From Ignavibacteriota bacterium (lineage in GTDB: Bacteria > Bacteroidota > Ignavibacteria > Kapaibacteriales > UBA2268): 64,000 nt of DNA. Positions within the stretch are counted from its first letter, which is position 1, and every line of letters begins with the position of its first letter. The notes beneath the pieces are model-generated. The model saw only the letters and a list, made by a program, of their open reading frames with translations, was not told the origin of the DNA and made no database searches. The DNA lies in contig JAGXGG010000064.1 in the NCBI GenBank assembly GCA_024636855.1, positions 26,162-90,161 of the forward strand. Reading direction: 5' to 3'. Positions 1 through 10,150 of the stretch are shown here, piece by piece. Made by a program: the position numbers and the translations under genes.

Positions 1-331
1 TATATATTTTAGCAGCAGCTAGCATTTGCTCTAATAAAAGTGTCCCGACTCCATTTCGTTGATGATTAGTACTTGCATATAATAAATCCAAATAACCATC
101 TTTGGTAATAGAAGAGAATCCAAGTAATTCGGCCAATTCATTAACACAAACATAGAAAAGCTGTTCATTAATCTTATCAAGAAATCGTTCTGGTCTAGAT
201 TCATCATCTAACCAAGCTTCGATTTGCTCTGGGGAGTAATGCTTAGAATTAATGATCTTTACAGTGTCATAGTATAGACTAAGAACTGCATCTAAATCAT
301 TTTCATTTGCTCTTCTGATTGAAATTTTCAT
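1..331 (-). CDS. GNAT family N-acetyltransferase (N-terminal portion; C-terminus lies beyond window start)
   Basis: Reverse-strand ATG at 331 opens a frame reading MKISIRRANENDLDAVLSLYYDTV...QRNGVGTLLLEQMLAAA. The Q/RxxGxG/A acetyl-CoA motif is typical of GNAT. Absent from the ORF track because it is truncated by the window edge. Confidence 0.55.
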   Translation of the reverse strand, partial: MKISIRRANENDLDAVLSLYYDTVKIINSKHYSPEQIEAWLDDESRPERFLDKINEQLFYVCVNELAELLGFSSITKDGYLDLLYASTNHQRNGVGTLLLEQMLAAAKIY

Positions 332-390
332 AAGAATAATTTATTTTTTTCTTATATTTTAAAAATCTATAATTAAAATAAGGAAAAACA

Positions 391-2367
391 ATGAAAAATA
401 GTATATTTTTTTTAATAATCTGCTCATTTTTATTTGTATCAGTATCTAAAGCACAAGTTGGTAAACAACAAACACTTTTCGTTAAGACTCAGTACAACCA
501 AGATGGGACAGTTACTCTAAGTTGGCCGAAAGACGAGGCTTTCGATGGAATATATTATATATATGAAAATAGAGCAAAGTTCAAACAAGACTATAAATAT
601 ATAGCTAATGTCACAAAAGATGCAAATGAATGGAATGACCCCACTTACGTCAATGGTCAAATCAAAGAATATAAAATAGAAAAGAAAAACTCAAGTAATC
701 AATTAGTCTCTTATGATTTCATAACTGCTGGCGATGAAGTAAATAGATATGGATTCTTTGGCAGTATATTGATACTTGTAGAAGATACTTATTTCGATTC
801 ACTTTCAACAGAGTTAGATATATTAGTCAATGATTTGAAAGGAGAAAATTGGGAAGTAACAATACAACCCGTTTCAAGGAATATGACTCCACCACAAATA
901 AAACAAATGATAAAAGTAACAAACGAAACTAATAAGTTTATGCTTACTACTTTGTACCTTATAGGTCATGTCCCTGTACCGTATAGTGGTCATTTCAGTT
1001 CTACAGGAGATTGGTTTCCACCTGATGGCCATACTGAGGGATCGGGCAATCACACTGGGGCTTGGCCAGCTGATTTGTACTATGGTGATTTGGATGGTAT
1101 ATGGACAGATGCAACAGTTACTTATGAGGCAAGTGCCCAAGAGAGAAATAATAATAGACCGGGTGATGGTAAATTCGATCAAACGAGATTAATTAGCGAT
1201 GTAGAATTAGAAATTGGAAGAGTAGATTTCTTTGATATGCCTGCTTTTGCAGAGGACGAGCTAACTCTTCTTAAGAATTATCTAAATCGAGCACACCTAT
1301 GGAAAACTGGCCAACTAGAAACAATTGATCGTGGTTTAGTAGATGATAATTTCAAAGGATTCATAATAAGTAACACTGGATACAAAGCAATAGGTGCATT
1401 AATAGGAACAGATTCACTTTTTGATAATAGAGATTATATGACAGAACTAAATGATGGGAAATATATACTTAGTTATGGTACTGGTGCTGGCTCTTATTCT
1501 AGTTGTAATGGAATTGGTACTACTGCTAATTTTGCTACCGAGAATATCAATGCAATATTCACAGGAATTGCTGGTAGTTATTTCGGAGATTGGGATTCGA
1601 AAAATAATCTACTAAGAGCAGCATTAGCTTCAGGTGCACTTGCTAGTTTTTGGGGCGGAATACCCAACTGGTACTTACATCCGATGTCAGTAGGTGAATC
1701 TATCGGCTATTGCGCTAGATACTCTATGAACGCTTCTTATGCTTCATTTAACGGCAGTCAGCGATTGATACACGTAGCACTTATGGGTGACCCCACTCTT
1801 AGGTTCCGACCAATAATCCCGTCTAGTGAACTAAGACTAACTAACTCTGTTGATGGTATTCTGTTAGAATGGGATGAAGTAAACGGTGATATAGAAGGTT
1901 ATAATCTATACCGAGTAAATAATGAAACTCTAGAAAGTGTGAAAGTAAATGATGAAATACTAACTGAAACATCATACTTAGATTTGGGTTGCCCGACTGG
2001 TCAATTCTACTATCAATTAAGAACAACTAAAAAAGTATTGACAGCATCAGCTAACTATTATGCTTTAGGTGTTGGTTCGGCAAGTGAACCTATTGACTAT
2101 ATTACTTCTGTTGCTTACAACACTAACGACGGATTTGGTATTGCTCCTAACCCATCTTCGGGTCATTTCAGATTACAATTACCAAAAGAGATAATAAGTG
2201 TCGATAAATTAGTAATTCAAGATTTGACAGGTAGAAATGTTCTTGAAATAGATGGTAATTTCACTACTCAAAGCACAATAAATACTGGCTTACCAATGGG
2301 AACTTACATGCTATTAGCAAATACTAACAAAGGTCAGTTCGTAGAAAAGATACAGGTAGTTAGGTAG
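391..2367 (+). CDS. Secreted T9SS cargo protein with FN3-like module and C-terminal Por/T9SS sorting domain; possibly peptidase C25 (gingipain)-like
   Basis: Signal peptide (MKNSIFFLIICSFLFVSVSKAQ). The C-terminal about 80 aa (APNPSSGHFRLQLP...GTYMLLANTNKGQFVEKIQVVR) match the T9SS CTD pattern. FN3-like segment ILLEWDEVNGDIEGYNLYRV. His/Cys-containing segments (LIGHVPVPYSGHF; SYGTGAGSYSSCNG) are vaguely C25-like, not verified. Confidence 0.6.
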   Translation: MKNSIFFLIICSFLFVSVSKAQVGKQQTLFVKTQYNQDGTVTLSWPKDEAFDGIYYIYENRAKFKQDYKYIANVTKDANEWNDPTYVNGQIKEYKIEKKNSSNQLVSYDFITAGDEVNRYGFFGSILILVEDTYFDSLSTELDILVNDLKGENWEVTIQPVSRNMTPPQIKQMIKVTNETNKFMLTTLYLIGHVPVPYSGHFSSTGDWFPPDGHTEGSGNHTGAWPADLYYGDLDGIWTDATVTYEASAQERNNNRPGDGKFDQTRLISDVELEIGRVDFFDMPAFAEDELTLLKNYLNRAHLWKTGQLETIDRGLVDDNFKGFIISNTGYKAIGALIGTDSLFDNRDYMTELNDGKYILSYGTGAGSYSSCNGIGTTANFATENINAIFTGIAGSYFGDWDSKNNLLRAALASGALASFWGGIPNWYLHPMSVGESIGYCARYSMNASYASFNGSQRLIHVALMGDPTLRFRPIIPSSELRLTNSVDGILLEWDEVNGDIEGYNLYRVNNETLESVKVNDEILTETSYLDLGCPTGQFYYQLRTTKKVLTASANYYALGVGSASEPIDYITSVAYNTNDGFGIAPNPSSGHFRLQLPKEIISVDKLVIQDLTGRNVLEIDGNFTTQSTINTGLPMGTYMLLANTNKGQFVEKIQVVR

Positions 2368-2388
2368 GTAAAAGACAAAGGTATTAAT

Positions 2389-3639
2389 ATGAATTACACA
2401 ATACTCTTTCTAATTTTATTAAATTCAAGCTATTTTCTCTGTTTAGGGCTGGATGGTCAGTTCTATTCTACAGAAAATTCAGATTTAGTAACAAATTATG
2501 TCTCTCAATTATCAGTTGACTCAAAAAATAGAATTTGGATTGCAACCGATGAAGGTGTTATGTTTTCTAATGTCGGATCTTGGGGTCTTAATGATTCTGC
2601 TAATTCTGAGATGGAACATACATCAATAAGATCGTTGAATATAGACTCAAATGATAATGTTTGGTTTGGCTATGATTACTTTAGTGGTGTAGTTATTTTT
2701 GAAAATTTTAAATATCGTGACATAAACCCATCGAAAATAAGTAATTATTTAAAAGAAATAATAGAAATTAAATGTGAAAGCAATAATAGAATTTGGTTCA
2801 GGAGTTCGTACTATTTGATTAGTTATGAAAAGGAACTTTGGACTATTATAGAAACTTCTGGTCAACCTCGAAGCATGGCTGTTGATTCTAGAAATAGACT
2901 TTGGTTTACAACAACAAATGATACCATTTACATTTATGATAATGGGGAAATATCGTCAATTGACTTAGCTGAATCTGGTATTAGTAAAGAAAATAGTTTA
3001 AGAAATCTTACTTTTGATAATAAAGGGACACTTTGGTTTACAGATATGTACGGAGATAGACTTGATTTTTATAATTATAATCCTGATACGAAAGAATGGA
3101 AAAAGTTTAGTCCTGAAAATTCTCCTATAAGAAACTCAATTAATAGAATCAGAGTTGACAGAAATAATCATATATGGTTTTTGGCTTATCATGATTTATA
3201 TAAATATGATGGTGAGAACTGGGAATCTTATCCTGTTTCGGATTATTTACCTGAACCACCCGAAGATTCACCATTTGAACAGTATTTTTATTGGGATTTT
3301 ATTATTGACAAAAGAAATAATATTTGGTTAACTGCTTATGCTGCAGGTGTATTAAAGCTAAGTGATATTATTTCTAATGTTGACCAAGAGCCTTTAGATA
3401 TTGAGTTAACTATATCTCCAAATCCTGCTAAAGAGAAGATTACTATAAATTCTAAGAGCCAATTATCATTTACTAGTTTTATAATTTCAAATGTTGAAGG
3501 AAAGGAATTAATTAATTATTCTAAAAGTAGCATGGTTAATAATACTGTAGATATTAGTGGCTTGTCTTCGGGAGTCTACTTTATTGAGCTAACTGATATA
3601 GAAGGCAAATATTTCACTAAGAAGTTTGTGGTTGAGTAA
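2389..3639 (+). CDS. T9SS cargo protein with two-component-regulator-propeller (Reg_prop/Y_Y_Y-like) beta-propeller repeats
   Basis: Repeated NRIWIATDEGV / NNVWFGYDY / NRLWFTTTND / GTLWFTDMYGD / NHIWFLAYHDLYKY / NNIWLTAYAAGV blades. The C-terminus (LTISPNPAKEKITIN...GVYFIELTDIEGKYFTKKFVVE) is a T9SS sorting domain. Lies 21 nt downstream of the previous gene, so probably an operon. Confidence 0.7.
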   Translation: MNYTILFLILLNSSYFLCLGLDGQFYSTENSDLVTNYVSQLSVDSKNRIWIATDEGVMFSNVGSWGLNDSANSEMEHTSIRSLNIDSNDNVWFGYDYFSGVVIFENFKYRDINPSKISNYLKEIIEIKCESNNRIWFRSSYYLISYEKELWTIIETSGQPRSMAVDSRNRLWFTTTNDTIYIYDNGEISSIDLAESGISKENSLRNLTFDNKGTLWFTDMYGDRLDFYNYNPDTKEWKKFSPENSPIRNSINRIRVDRNNHIWFLAYHDLYKYDGENWESYPVSDYLPEPPEDSPFEQYFYWDFIIDKRNNIWLTAYAAGVLKLSDIISNVDQEPLDIELTISPNPAKEKITINSKSQLSFTSFIISNVEGKELINYSKSSMVNNTVDISGLSSGVYFIELTDIEGKYFTKKFVVE

Positions 3640-3833
3640 AACTAAATATTTAACATTATTATTCAGAAAAGTGTATTACTCATAGGTAATGAGTTGAGGT
3701 GCTTTTCTAAGAAGAACATTAACGTTTTCCCTCCTCAGTTCGCACCCTCACCGTGAAAAGCTACTCCAACAATCTTGTTCTGATATTTAAGTGTCGTATT
3801 CAATACGTCTCTACTTTCTTTAATTTGTTGCCC

Positions 3834-6800
3834 CTAAAAATCATATCCTAAAGAGAATAGATACTGAGGAGTTGACCAGTTGTCATAAGACTTAGCCCAT
3901 GCTATATCTACTTTGACTGGCAATCCAAGGAAATAACTTCGGATACCTATACCAGATGATATTAATAAATCATCATATTCTTTCTTGAATGAGAGTGGGT
4001 TTACTATTCTAGTTGGATTAAAAGTATCATCCCATGCTGCACCTATATCAAGGAAAACAGATCCCATAACGCCTTGTATTAGTATTGGTAATGGTCCTGC
4101 TACTAGTGCAGTCAGCAAAGGGAATCGGAACTCAGCATTCGTTACAAAATATTTACTACCACCGATTTGAGCAATAGAATATCCACGAATAGGATATTTG
4201 AAGTTCATGAATGCGAAGTCTTCCGGATTATTGAATGGTAAAGTATTATTAGTAAATGTTCTATTAAGCCAATTATCAGTACCACCTAAATAAAATGATT
4301 GCGCATTAGTACCAAAACTAGCACCACCAGTGAATTTGAAGGCAAACCCCATATAATCACTAACTGGGTGATAAGTCCTAATATCTGTTTCAAAAGTATA
4401 AAAGTTCAATCCATCATCGAATAATTTCGGACTCATTAATGCTCTGAAATTGTATCTAGTTCCTTCACTTGGTCCATAAAGCCCAAATAGTACATCGTCG
4501 TGAACATATTTGAATTCAGGTACTATTAAGGTACGAGTGACTTCAGGTACTCCTACTATACCAATCTCTGCTTTGGATAGATTATAGAAAGTCATATTCA
4601 GCTCTGCCCTATTGAACAAATCAAAAGGATATTGCGATGAGACAGTCGCTCCATAGCTTCGGAATCTTTCTAGTGATCCGAAAGAACGAGCAGCAAACCC
4701 GGCATATTGGAATGCGGAGAACTGATAATCTATAATACCAGTGAGGTAACTATATGCCCCGAAGAAATTACTATTACGTAAATCTATTAGGAAGTTAGCA
4801 GAGAAATAAAGTTGATGATTTCCCAACTCATCGCTGAAAAGCATCTGAGTGCTACCTTGCGGACCAAAAAATGTGCTATAACCAGGGTTGGCTAATATCA
4901 AATCCGGTGTGAATTTGATAACATAATCTTTTATTTTAAAATCTCTACTTATAGTAGTGTCTTTCGATTCAGTAATTTTTTGTACTTTATCGTTTGGCTT
5001 TACTAATTCTTGATTCTCAAAATCTATATTAAAATCACCATAACTAATCAATTTATCATCTTCAGGTTCAACTAATGAGTCTTTTTCTATATTCGCTATT
5101 GCATTGATTAGACTATCTTTCTTGAATATTGATTGTTTGTATTGAGTAAGAGGTAATTCCTCCATTTCTAATTTTCTATCAAAAGGATAATCTATCTCAA
5201 ATATATCATATCCTCCATTGATTTGAGTTCCGAATAGTACTTTACTATCATCAGGAGCAAGTGAAATCTGAGTTATCTCTTGAAGTGAATTAGTCAATGG
5301 TCGATAAGAGTTGGTTACCAAATTAAACTCGTACAAGTTACCAATACCGTTTTTATCAGAAACTATTAAAAGCTTTTTCTCATCTGAAGATACTGCTATT
5401 GATGATTTATGATTCCGAACGTCATAAGTAATTCTTTCTGCTGTTTCCGAACCAATTTCTATTTTATATACTTCACTTCTTTCGTAGTTAAAATCCCACA
5501 TATCTATCTTATTGGAGCTAACTCTAGCGTTCGTCATATCTCCTCTATCAGATATGAAATAAACACTCTTAGAGTCGGGTGACCACTTAGGTGCTTCATC
5601 GCTAAATACATCGTCCGTAACTTTAGAAAGGGCTTTTGATTCGAACTCATACATGTATAAATCGCTCTGCTCATTATCCGAACCGACGAATATTAATTTT
5701 TTACCATCAGGAGACCATTGAACAGACTGAATAGACTTTATTCCCCATGTTAGTTTCTCATAAGCGCCAGTTTCCGCATCGGTTATAAACACCGCATCTT
5801 GCCCTCCAGCTTTCGCTGAGATAGCTATTTTAGTAGCATCTGGATTCCAAGATATACCTGGGGCTAACATATTCAAATCTTCAAAATCTTGTTTTCTGAA
5901 ACTAGAAGTCAAAGTCCTAATTTCAGTATTTTTTTTCAAATCATCCATTACAGCTATTACGAAGACTCCATCCTCTTCTGAAATAAAAGCCATTTTTTTA
6001 CCATCAGGAGAAATAGAAGGACCAGAATTATAGAAATTTCCAAGTTTTTCTCTGTCAGTTACTCTTCTAGCAATCTCAGGTAAAGATTTATAACGACTCA
6101 AATCTGGCCAATAGATTCGCTTTATATCGCGTTCCCACATTTCGTTGAATTCTTTCAAATCCATATCGAAACTACTTTTGAATGCAATTTCTAAGTTCTT
6201 ATGTATGTACAATCTATTGATGAAATCAGCTACTTTCTCTTCGCCATACTTATCAGCTATGTACCAATAGAAAGTCTGTCCCACTCTGTACTGTGCATAT
6301 CCACTTATTCTCTGTAACAATGGCAAATCCTCACTTATAGTCACATCTCTCATGAACATGTCGGTTTTGGTATCCATACCATAATTACTCAAATACTCAC
6401 AAAGACCTTCATTAAGCCAACCGGGTATGAAATACCCTCTATTTTGGATTGATGATTGGAGAGTACCACCATGGAATAAGTCATTCACAACACCGTGAAC
6501 TAGCTCGTGATGGACGACATGACGAAACTGGGTATAAGAACCTTGGAATGGAACTACTATCCTATTTTTGAATAACTGCGTTACCCCACCCACATTCTCA
6601 GAGAGAAATGAGTTTATAATATTATTTTGTTGGAATTGGTTGTGAGAGTTGAATACGATGAATGTAATTCTTCTTTTCAAGTCGTATTTCAGATTCTCTT
6701 CAATTGAGATTAATGCCCTCTCCGCCTCGATAGCAGTGAATTTAGCAAGATATTCTCCCCCTTGGTGGAAGTAAATATCAAAATGTTTTGTCTCTATGTA

Positions 6801-6932
6801 CTTCCAATCAAATTCTTGATATTGGACTCTATTTTTTCCAAATTGGGAATAAAGAGAGCTAGTTGTAAAGAGAAGAATAGCTATAAAAATAATACTTTTT
6901 AGGAATCTCATATTCAGTTTTTGTGTGTTCAT
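3834..6932 (-). CDS. Large outer-membrane protein: N-terminal HExxH metallopeptidase-like domain, TolB/PD40-type beta-propeller repeats, C-terminal Omp85/BamA-like beta-barrel
   Basis: Signal peptide. HELVHGVVNDLFHGG zinc-binding-like motif. Repeated PDGKKMAFISEEDG / SPDGKKLIFVGSD / SPDSKSVYFISDRGD PD40 blades. C-terminal amphipathic beta-strand region ending ...SLGYDF (terminal aromatic, typical of OM barrels). Confidence 0.7.
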   Translation of the reverse strand: MNTQKLNMRFLKSIIFIAILLFTTSSLYSQFGKNRVQYQEFDWKYIETKHFDIYFHQGGEYLAKFTAIEAERALISIEENLKYDLKRRITFIVFNSHNQFQQNNIINSFLSENVGGVTQLFKNRIVVPFQGSYTQFRHVVHHELVHGVVNDLFHGGTLQSSIQNRGYFIPGWLNEGLCEYLSNYGMDTKTDMFMRDVTISEDLPLLQRISGYAQYRVGQTFYWYIADKYGEEKVADFINRLYIHKNLEIAFKSSFDMDLKEFNEMWERDIKRIYWPDLSRYKSLPEIARRVTDREKLGNFYNSGPSISPDGKKMAFISEEDGVFVIAVMDDLKKNTEIRTLTSSFRKQDFEDLNMLAPGISWNPDATKIAISAKAGGQDAVFITDAETGAYEKLTWGIKSIQSVQWSPDGKKLIFVGSDNEQSDLYMYEFESKALSKVTDDVFSDEAPKWSPDSKSVYFISDRGDMTNARVSSNKIDMWDFNYERSEVYKIEIGSETAERITYDVRNHKSSIAVSSDEKKLLIVSDKNGIGNLYEFNLVTNSYRPLTNSLQEITQISLAPDDSKVLFGTQINGGYDIFEIDYPFDRKLEMEELPLTQYKQSIFKKDSLINAIANIEKDSLVEPEDDKLISYGDFNIDFENQELVKPNDKVQKITESKDTTISRDFKIKDYVIKFTPDLILANPGYSTFFGPQGSTQMLFSDELGNHQLYFSANFLIDLRNSNFFGAYSYLTGIIDYQFSAFQYAGFAARSFGSLERFRSYGATVSSQYPFDLFNRAELNMTFYNLSKAEIGIVGVPEVTRTLIVPEFKYVHDDVLFGLYGPSEGTRYNFRALMSPKLFDDGLNFYTFETDIRTYHPVSDYMGFAFKFTGGASFGTNAQSFYLGGTDNWLNRTFTNNTLPFNNPEDFAFMNFKYPIRGYSIAQIGGSKYFVTNAEFRFPLLTALVAGPLPILIQGVMGSVFLDIGAAWDDTFNPTRIVNPLSFKKEYDDLLISSGIGIRSYFLGLPVKVDIAWAKSYDNWSTPQYLFSLGYDF

Positions 6933-7036
6933 TTATAAAGTTGACGAAAAATGTCCGTAAACCTTTTCTATATAAAACGAAATATAGCTAATTGGTTACA
7001 ATTAAGTATAAGAAAGTGGATATTAATTGCTATTTA

Positions 7037-7603
7037 TTATTTAATCAGATACTCCAATAATTTTGATTTAAAAAAACTGCGCTTTTTATTGAGACTTGAG
7101 AATAGTCCGTCTGGATATTTACAATTGTTATTAAATACATCCCACTGCACATGAAATACCGAAAAAAATGGTATATTGTCTACTTCATCTATTATTAAAA
7201 ATGCTATATCACCTTTAACTAAATTTTTTCTTAATCCACAAATATACGCATTAGTACTATTCGTATCCTCAATTAGCTCAATATATTTTACTTTGTTTAA
7301 TAGATAATCTTTCTTTAACTCTATCCAAAATTTATCTTTTACAATCTCATATTTACAGTTATCCCAATTTAAATATTTATCATTAATAACCTCAATTAAT
7401 ATGACATCTCTATTAACTTGATAGTCAAAATTTTCTAATTTATAATTTTCATATTCTAGTGAATCAATTGTATCGTATAGGAGGTCTATTCTTTTTGAAT
7501 ATTCATTATTTAAACTGTCAATTAGCTTTGTATCTTGGGTTTGTTTACTACAAGATAATGAAATTAGTATAACCATTATATATAAGAATCTATGTTTTTT
7601 CAT
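7037..7603 (-). CDS. Hypothetical lipoprotein
   Basis: ORF of 188 aa with lipobox-like LISLSCSK after a hydrophobic N-terminus. No recognisable domain. Confidence 0.45.
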   Translation of the reverse strand: MKKHRFLYIMVILISLSCSKQTQDTKLIDSLNNEYSKRIDLLYDTIDSLEYENYKLENFDYQVNRDVILIEVINDKYLNWDNCKYEIVKDKFWIELKKDYLLNKVKYIELIEDTNSTNAYICGLRKNLVKGDIAFLIIDEVDNIPFFSVFHVQWDVFNNNCKYPDGLFSSLNKKRSFFKSKLLEYLIK

Positions 7604-7659
7604 TATCCTACCTCGATTTTTTTTGTACTCTAGTATTATATATTATTGTTGGATTATAT

Positions 7660-8670
7660 TTATTCAACTGTTCTATATTCTTGTGTACCAAGAGAATTAC
7701 CTGAAATGAAGTGGCATACATACTCATTCTCATTCCATGATACAATTTTAACTAATATATCTTGATTAGTTTTTGGAATATTTTCATTCTCTAAAATAAA
7801 TATATCATTAAACTTCCATTTTACTTTATTTATAAATGCTCTATCTTGATTAATTGTTTCAACTTGCTCAAATTCAGTTCTTGTAAGAATTGAAGATAAA
7901 TTTACAGGTTTAAATTTCCCTATTCTAATATTATCTGGCAATTTTACTCTACTATTATGTGGTGATTCAAACCAAACATCTGCAATCTTATTATTAGTTT
8001 TAACATCTAACAGATTCAGTACCGATGTTTCATCTCCGTTGTTAACATTCATTATTTTAGAGTTATATAAGATCCCATTATAATCAACTTGTTCTTGTAA
8101 AAGAGACTTATTTCCATTTGGGTATATTACCATTATTAATCTGAAATTTGTCTTATCAATATAATTTAATGTCGTGTATCCAGTTTTAGATACTGCCCTT
8201 ACAACATAACAGTCAAAATAATCAAAATTTTTATCTGAGAGTCTTTCAAAATCGTATCCCAATTTCTTGTATCCATACTGTATATGATTAAAGGTTTTTA
8301 AACTAATATCTTCTATTGTAATTTTATCTTCAAATTCATACACACTTTCACCCTCAACTTTAATCACTTTTTCTCCATTAAAAAAAGTTGTTTGAGCTAC
8401 ATGCTCTTCTGATAGTATAGACTGTACAAACGATTTACTATTAATTCTTTTTTCTATTATTGAAGCTCTCTCATTTGTTGAAGTGTTAAATATATATGCC
8501 ATTTCCGATGTCTTAATAGCATTTATTTTATTTTCTCCACCTATTTGTTCAATTGAAGAATTAATAATTTCTTCTGCAGTCAATTTGTCTTCTGACTGAG
8601 CAAAACCTATTTGAAAAGAGATCAGAAGGATTGTTAATGCAAGAATTATTTTCATTTTTGACATTTTCAT
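7660..8670 (-). CDS. Hypothetical secreted protein
   Basis: 336-aa ORF with a signal peptide (ILALTILLISFQIGFAQS). No recognisable motif. Confidence 0.5.
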   Translation of the reverse strand: MKMSKMKIILALTILLISFQIGFAQSEDKLTAEEIINSSIEQIGGENKINAIKTSEMAYIFNTSTNERASIIEKRINSKSFVQSILSEEHVAQTTFFNGEKVIKVEGESVYEFEDKITIEDISLKTFNHIQYGYKKLGYDFERLSDKNFDYFDCYVVRAVSKTGYTTLNYIDKTNFRLIMVIYPNGNKSLLQEQVDYNGILYNSKIMNVNNGDETSVLNLLDVKTNNKIADVWFESPHNSRVKLPDNIRIGKFKPVNLSSILTRTEFEQVETINQDRAFINKVKWKFNDIFILENENIPKTNQDILVKIVSWNENEYVCHFISGNSLGTQEYRTVE

Positions 8671-8708
8671 TTTTTTTTATTTTAAATATATCCATTTAAC
8701 TCATATCA

Positions 8709-9776
8709 TCAAAAATCCAACAACAATTGCCGGCTTTCATTCTTATTAATATTCAAGTTTGACAACTGTACTCCCAAAAGTCGGACAGGTTCATCAGGGA
8801 AATTCGGCATTCTCAATAATTCATAGATTGCATTATACATCTCTGGTGTGGTCGATATATATTCATCCATAGTCTTGCTTCTGGTATTCACTACAAAGTT
8901 GTGGTACTTTATTTTCAGGGTAATGGTCTTCCCCGCTATATTCTTTTTCTCAAGCAATTCAGCTAACTTTTCGATTATGCCGTGTAGTTTATCTAGCATT
9001 TCATTTGGGTCATCTATATTCTCATTGAAAGTACGTTCCTTGCCTACTGATTTACGTAAACGCTTTGATATAACTGGACTATTGTGAGTAAAAGTAACTT
9101 GATTGTAAAGATAAACTCCAGTTTTTCCGAATTCCAAAGCCATGTTTATCTTGCCTTTTTTTAGAATATCTTCCCCCTTATATATACCAGCATTGTTTAG
9201 CCTTTGCTTGTTTACATTGCCCACACCGGGGATTTTCTCAACGGCTAATTGTCTAACGAATAGCTCAGCTTTATTGGGGTGAATAACATAGTACCCATCT
9301 GGTTTATTGCAATCCGAAGCTACTTTTGCTAAGAATTTTGTGAATGAGATACCTGCTGAAGCAGTCAGGTTAACTTCCTTTTTTATCTTCTTACGGATTT
9401 CTATGGCTACTTCTTTGGCAGTTACTTCATTGGGTTTGTAATCGGTTATATCTATATATGCTTCGTCTATAGAGACTTGCTCTATTAGCTCTGTATATCC
9501 CCTAAGGATTTTCATTACCTTATTAGAGGCCTCTTTGTAGGCATTGTAATGCCCATTGACGAAGATAAGATGAGGACAGAGTTTGAGTGCTTGGTGCGAG
9601 GGCATAGCTGAGCGAACACCAAATTTGCGAGCTTCGTAGCTAGCGGCAGCCACTACTCCGCGGTGCATCCCCCCAACGGCTATGGGTTTACCTCTGAGTG
9701 CTGGATTATCTCTTTGCTCCACGGAAGCAAAGAACGCATCCATATCTATATGGATTATCCTTTTGTAATTATTCAT
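8709..9776 (-). CDS. dinB: DNA polymerase IV (Y-family translesion polymerase)
   Basis: N-terminus IIHIDMDAFFASVEQRDNPALRGKPIAVGG is the canonical DinB/UmuC palm motif. Length of 355 aa fits. Confidence 0.93.
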   Translation of the reverse strand: MNNYKRIIHIDMDAFFASVEQRDNPALRGKPIAVGGMHRGVVAAASYEARKFGVRSAMPSHQALKLCPHLIFVNGHYNAYKEASNKVMKILRGYTELIEQVSIDEAYIDITDYKPNEVTAKEVAIEIRKKIKKEVNLTASAGISFTKFLAKVASDCNKPDGYYVIHPNKAELFVRQLAVEKIPGVGNVNKQRLNNAGIYKGEDILKKGKINMALEFGKTGVYLYNQVTFTHNSPVISKRLRKSVGKERTFNENIDDPNEMLDKLHGIIEKLAELLEKKNIAGKTITLKIKYHNFVVNTRSKTMDEYISTTPEMYNAIYELLRMPNFPDEPVRLLGVQLSNLNINKNESRQLLLDF

Positions 9777-9869
9777 AATTAGTATTATTTTAATATTGAA
9801 GAGAGGTGGACTTCAATAAGACAAATATCCAAAAGTATTTTGAGAACTACAAGCGGAAGTTATAAAATA

Positions 9870-10150
9870 GGATTTATTAGAGATAGTGGAGGAAAAGATT
9901 GTATGGTGGTAGAGTAGATGACAATTCCCCTCTCGAGGGGTGGCCACGCCTAAGGCGTGGACGGGGTGGTAAGAATGTTCAATTAATCCTAGACTCTTCG
10001 GTCGCTACCCTCCCTCTGAGTGACGAGAACTTTGTGGCTCTGTGTTAAAATAAGTAATCAGTGCAATCCATTAATCCCTGATGTTTGCTGAGCGGCGTCG
10101 AAGCACGAACAAAAGAGATTACCACGTCGCTACACTCCTCGTAATGACAT
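9870..10150. ncRNA. Candidate structured RNA of unassigned family (GC-rich island, strand undetermined)
   Basis: Local GC is near 50% against about 33% background. Perfect hairpins are CCACGCC-uaa-GGCGTGG (9944-9960) and CCCC-tctcga-GGGG (9927-9940). GTCGCTAC occurs twice (10001, 10125). Long-range complementarity between GGAGGA/GTGGTA (9888-9910) and TACCAC/TCCTC (10121-10139) would close a domain of about 250 nt. No protein signal. Confidence 0.3.

Noticed and set aside
874-2026. Short antisense or nested ORFs inside the first T9SS gene (874-1182 minus, 968-1192 plus, 1841-2026 minus) and similar nested ORFs listed in the track throughout the window
   Set aside because: All lie inside longer ORFs with strong motif support, lack signal or motif content, and are of a size expected by chance in AT-rich sequence.
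9870-10150. tmRNA, RNase P RNA, SRP RNA, TPP/SAM/cobalamin riboswitch or hammerhead ribozyme identity for the GC-rich island
   Set aside because: The diagnostic cores are absent: the tmRNA T-arm GGACGGGGGUUCGA, RNase P P4 AGGAAAGUCCGGGCUCC, SRP domain IV GGUGCUGUUUACCAGGUCAGG, and the B12 box. The CUGAUG found at 10077 lacks the hammerhead A9/GAAA partner. The family is left unassigned.
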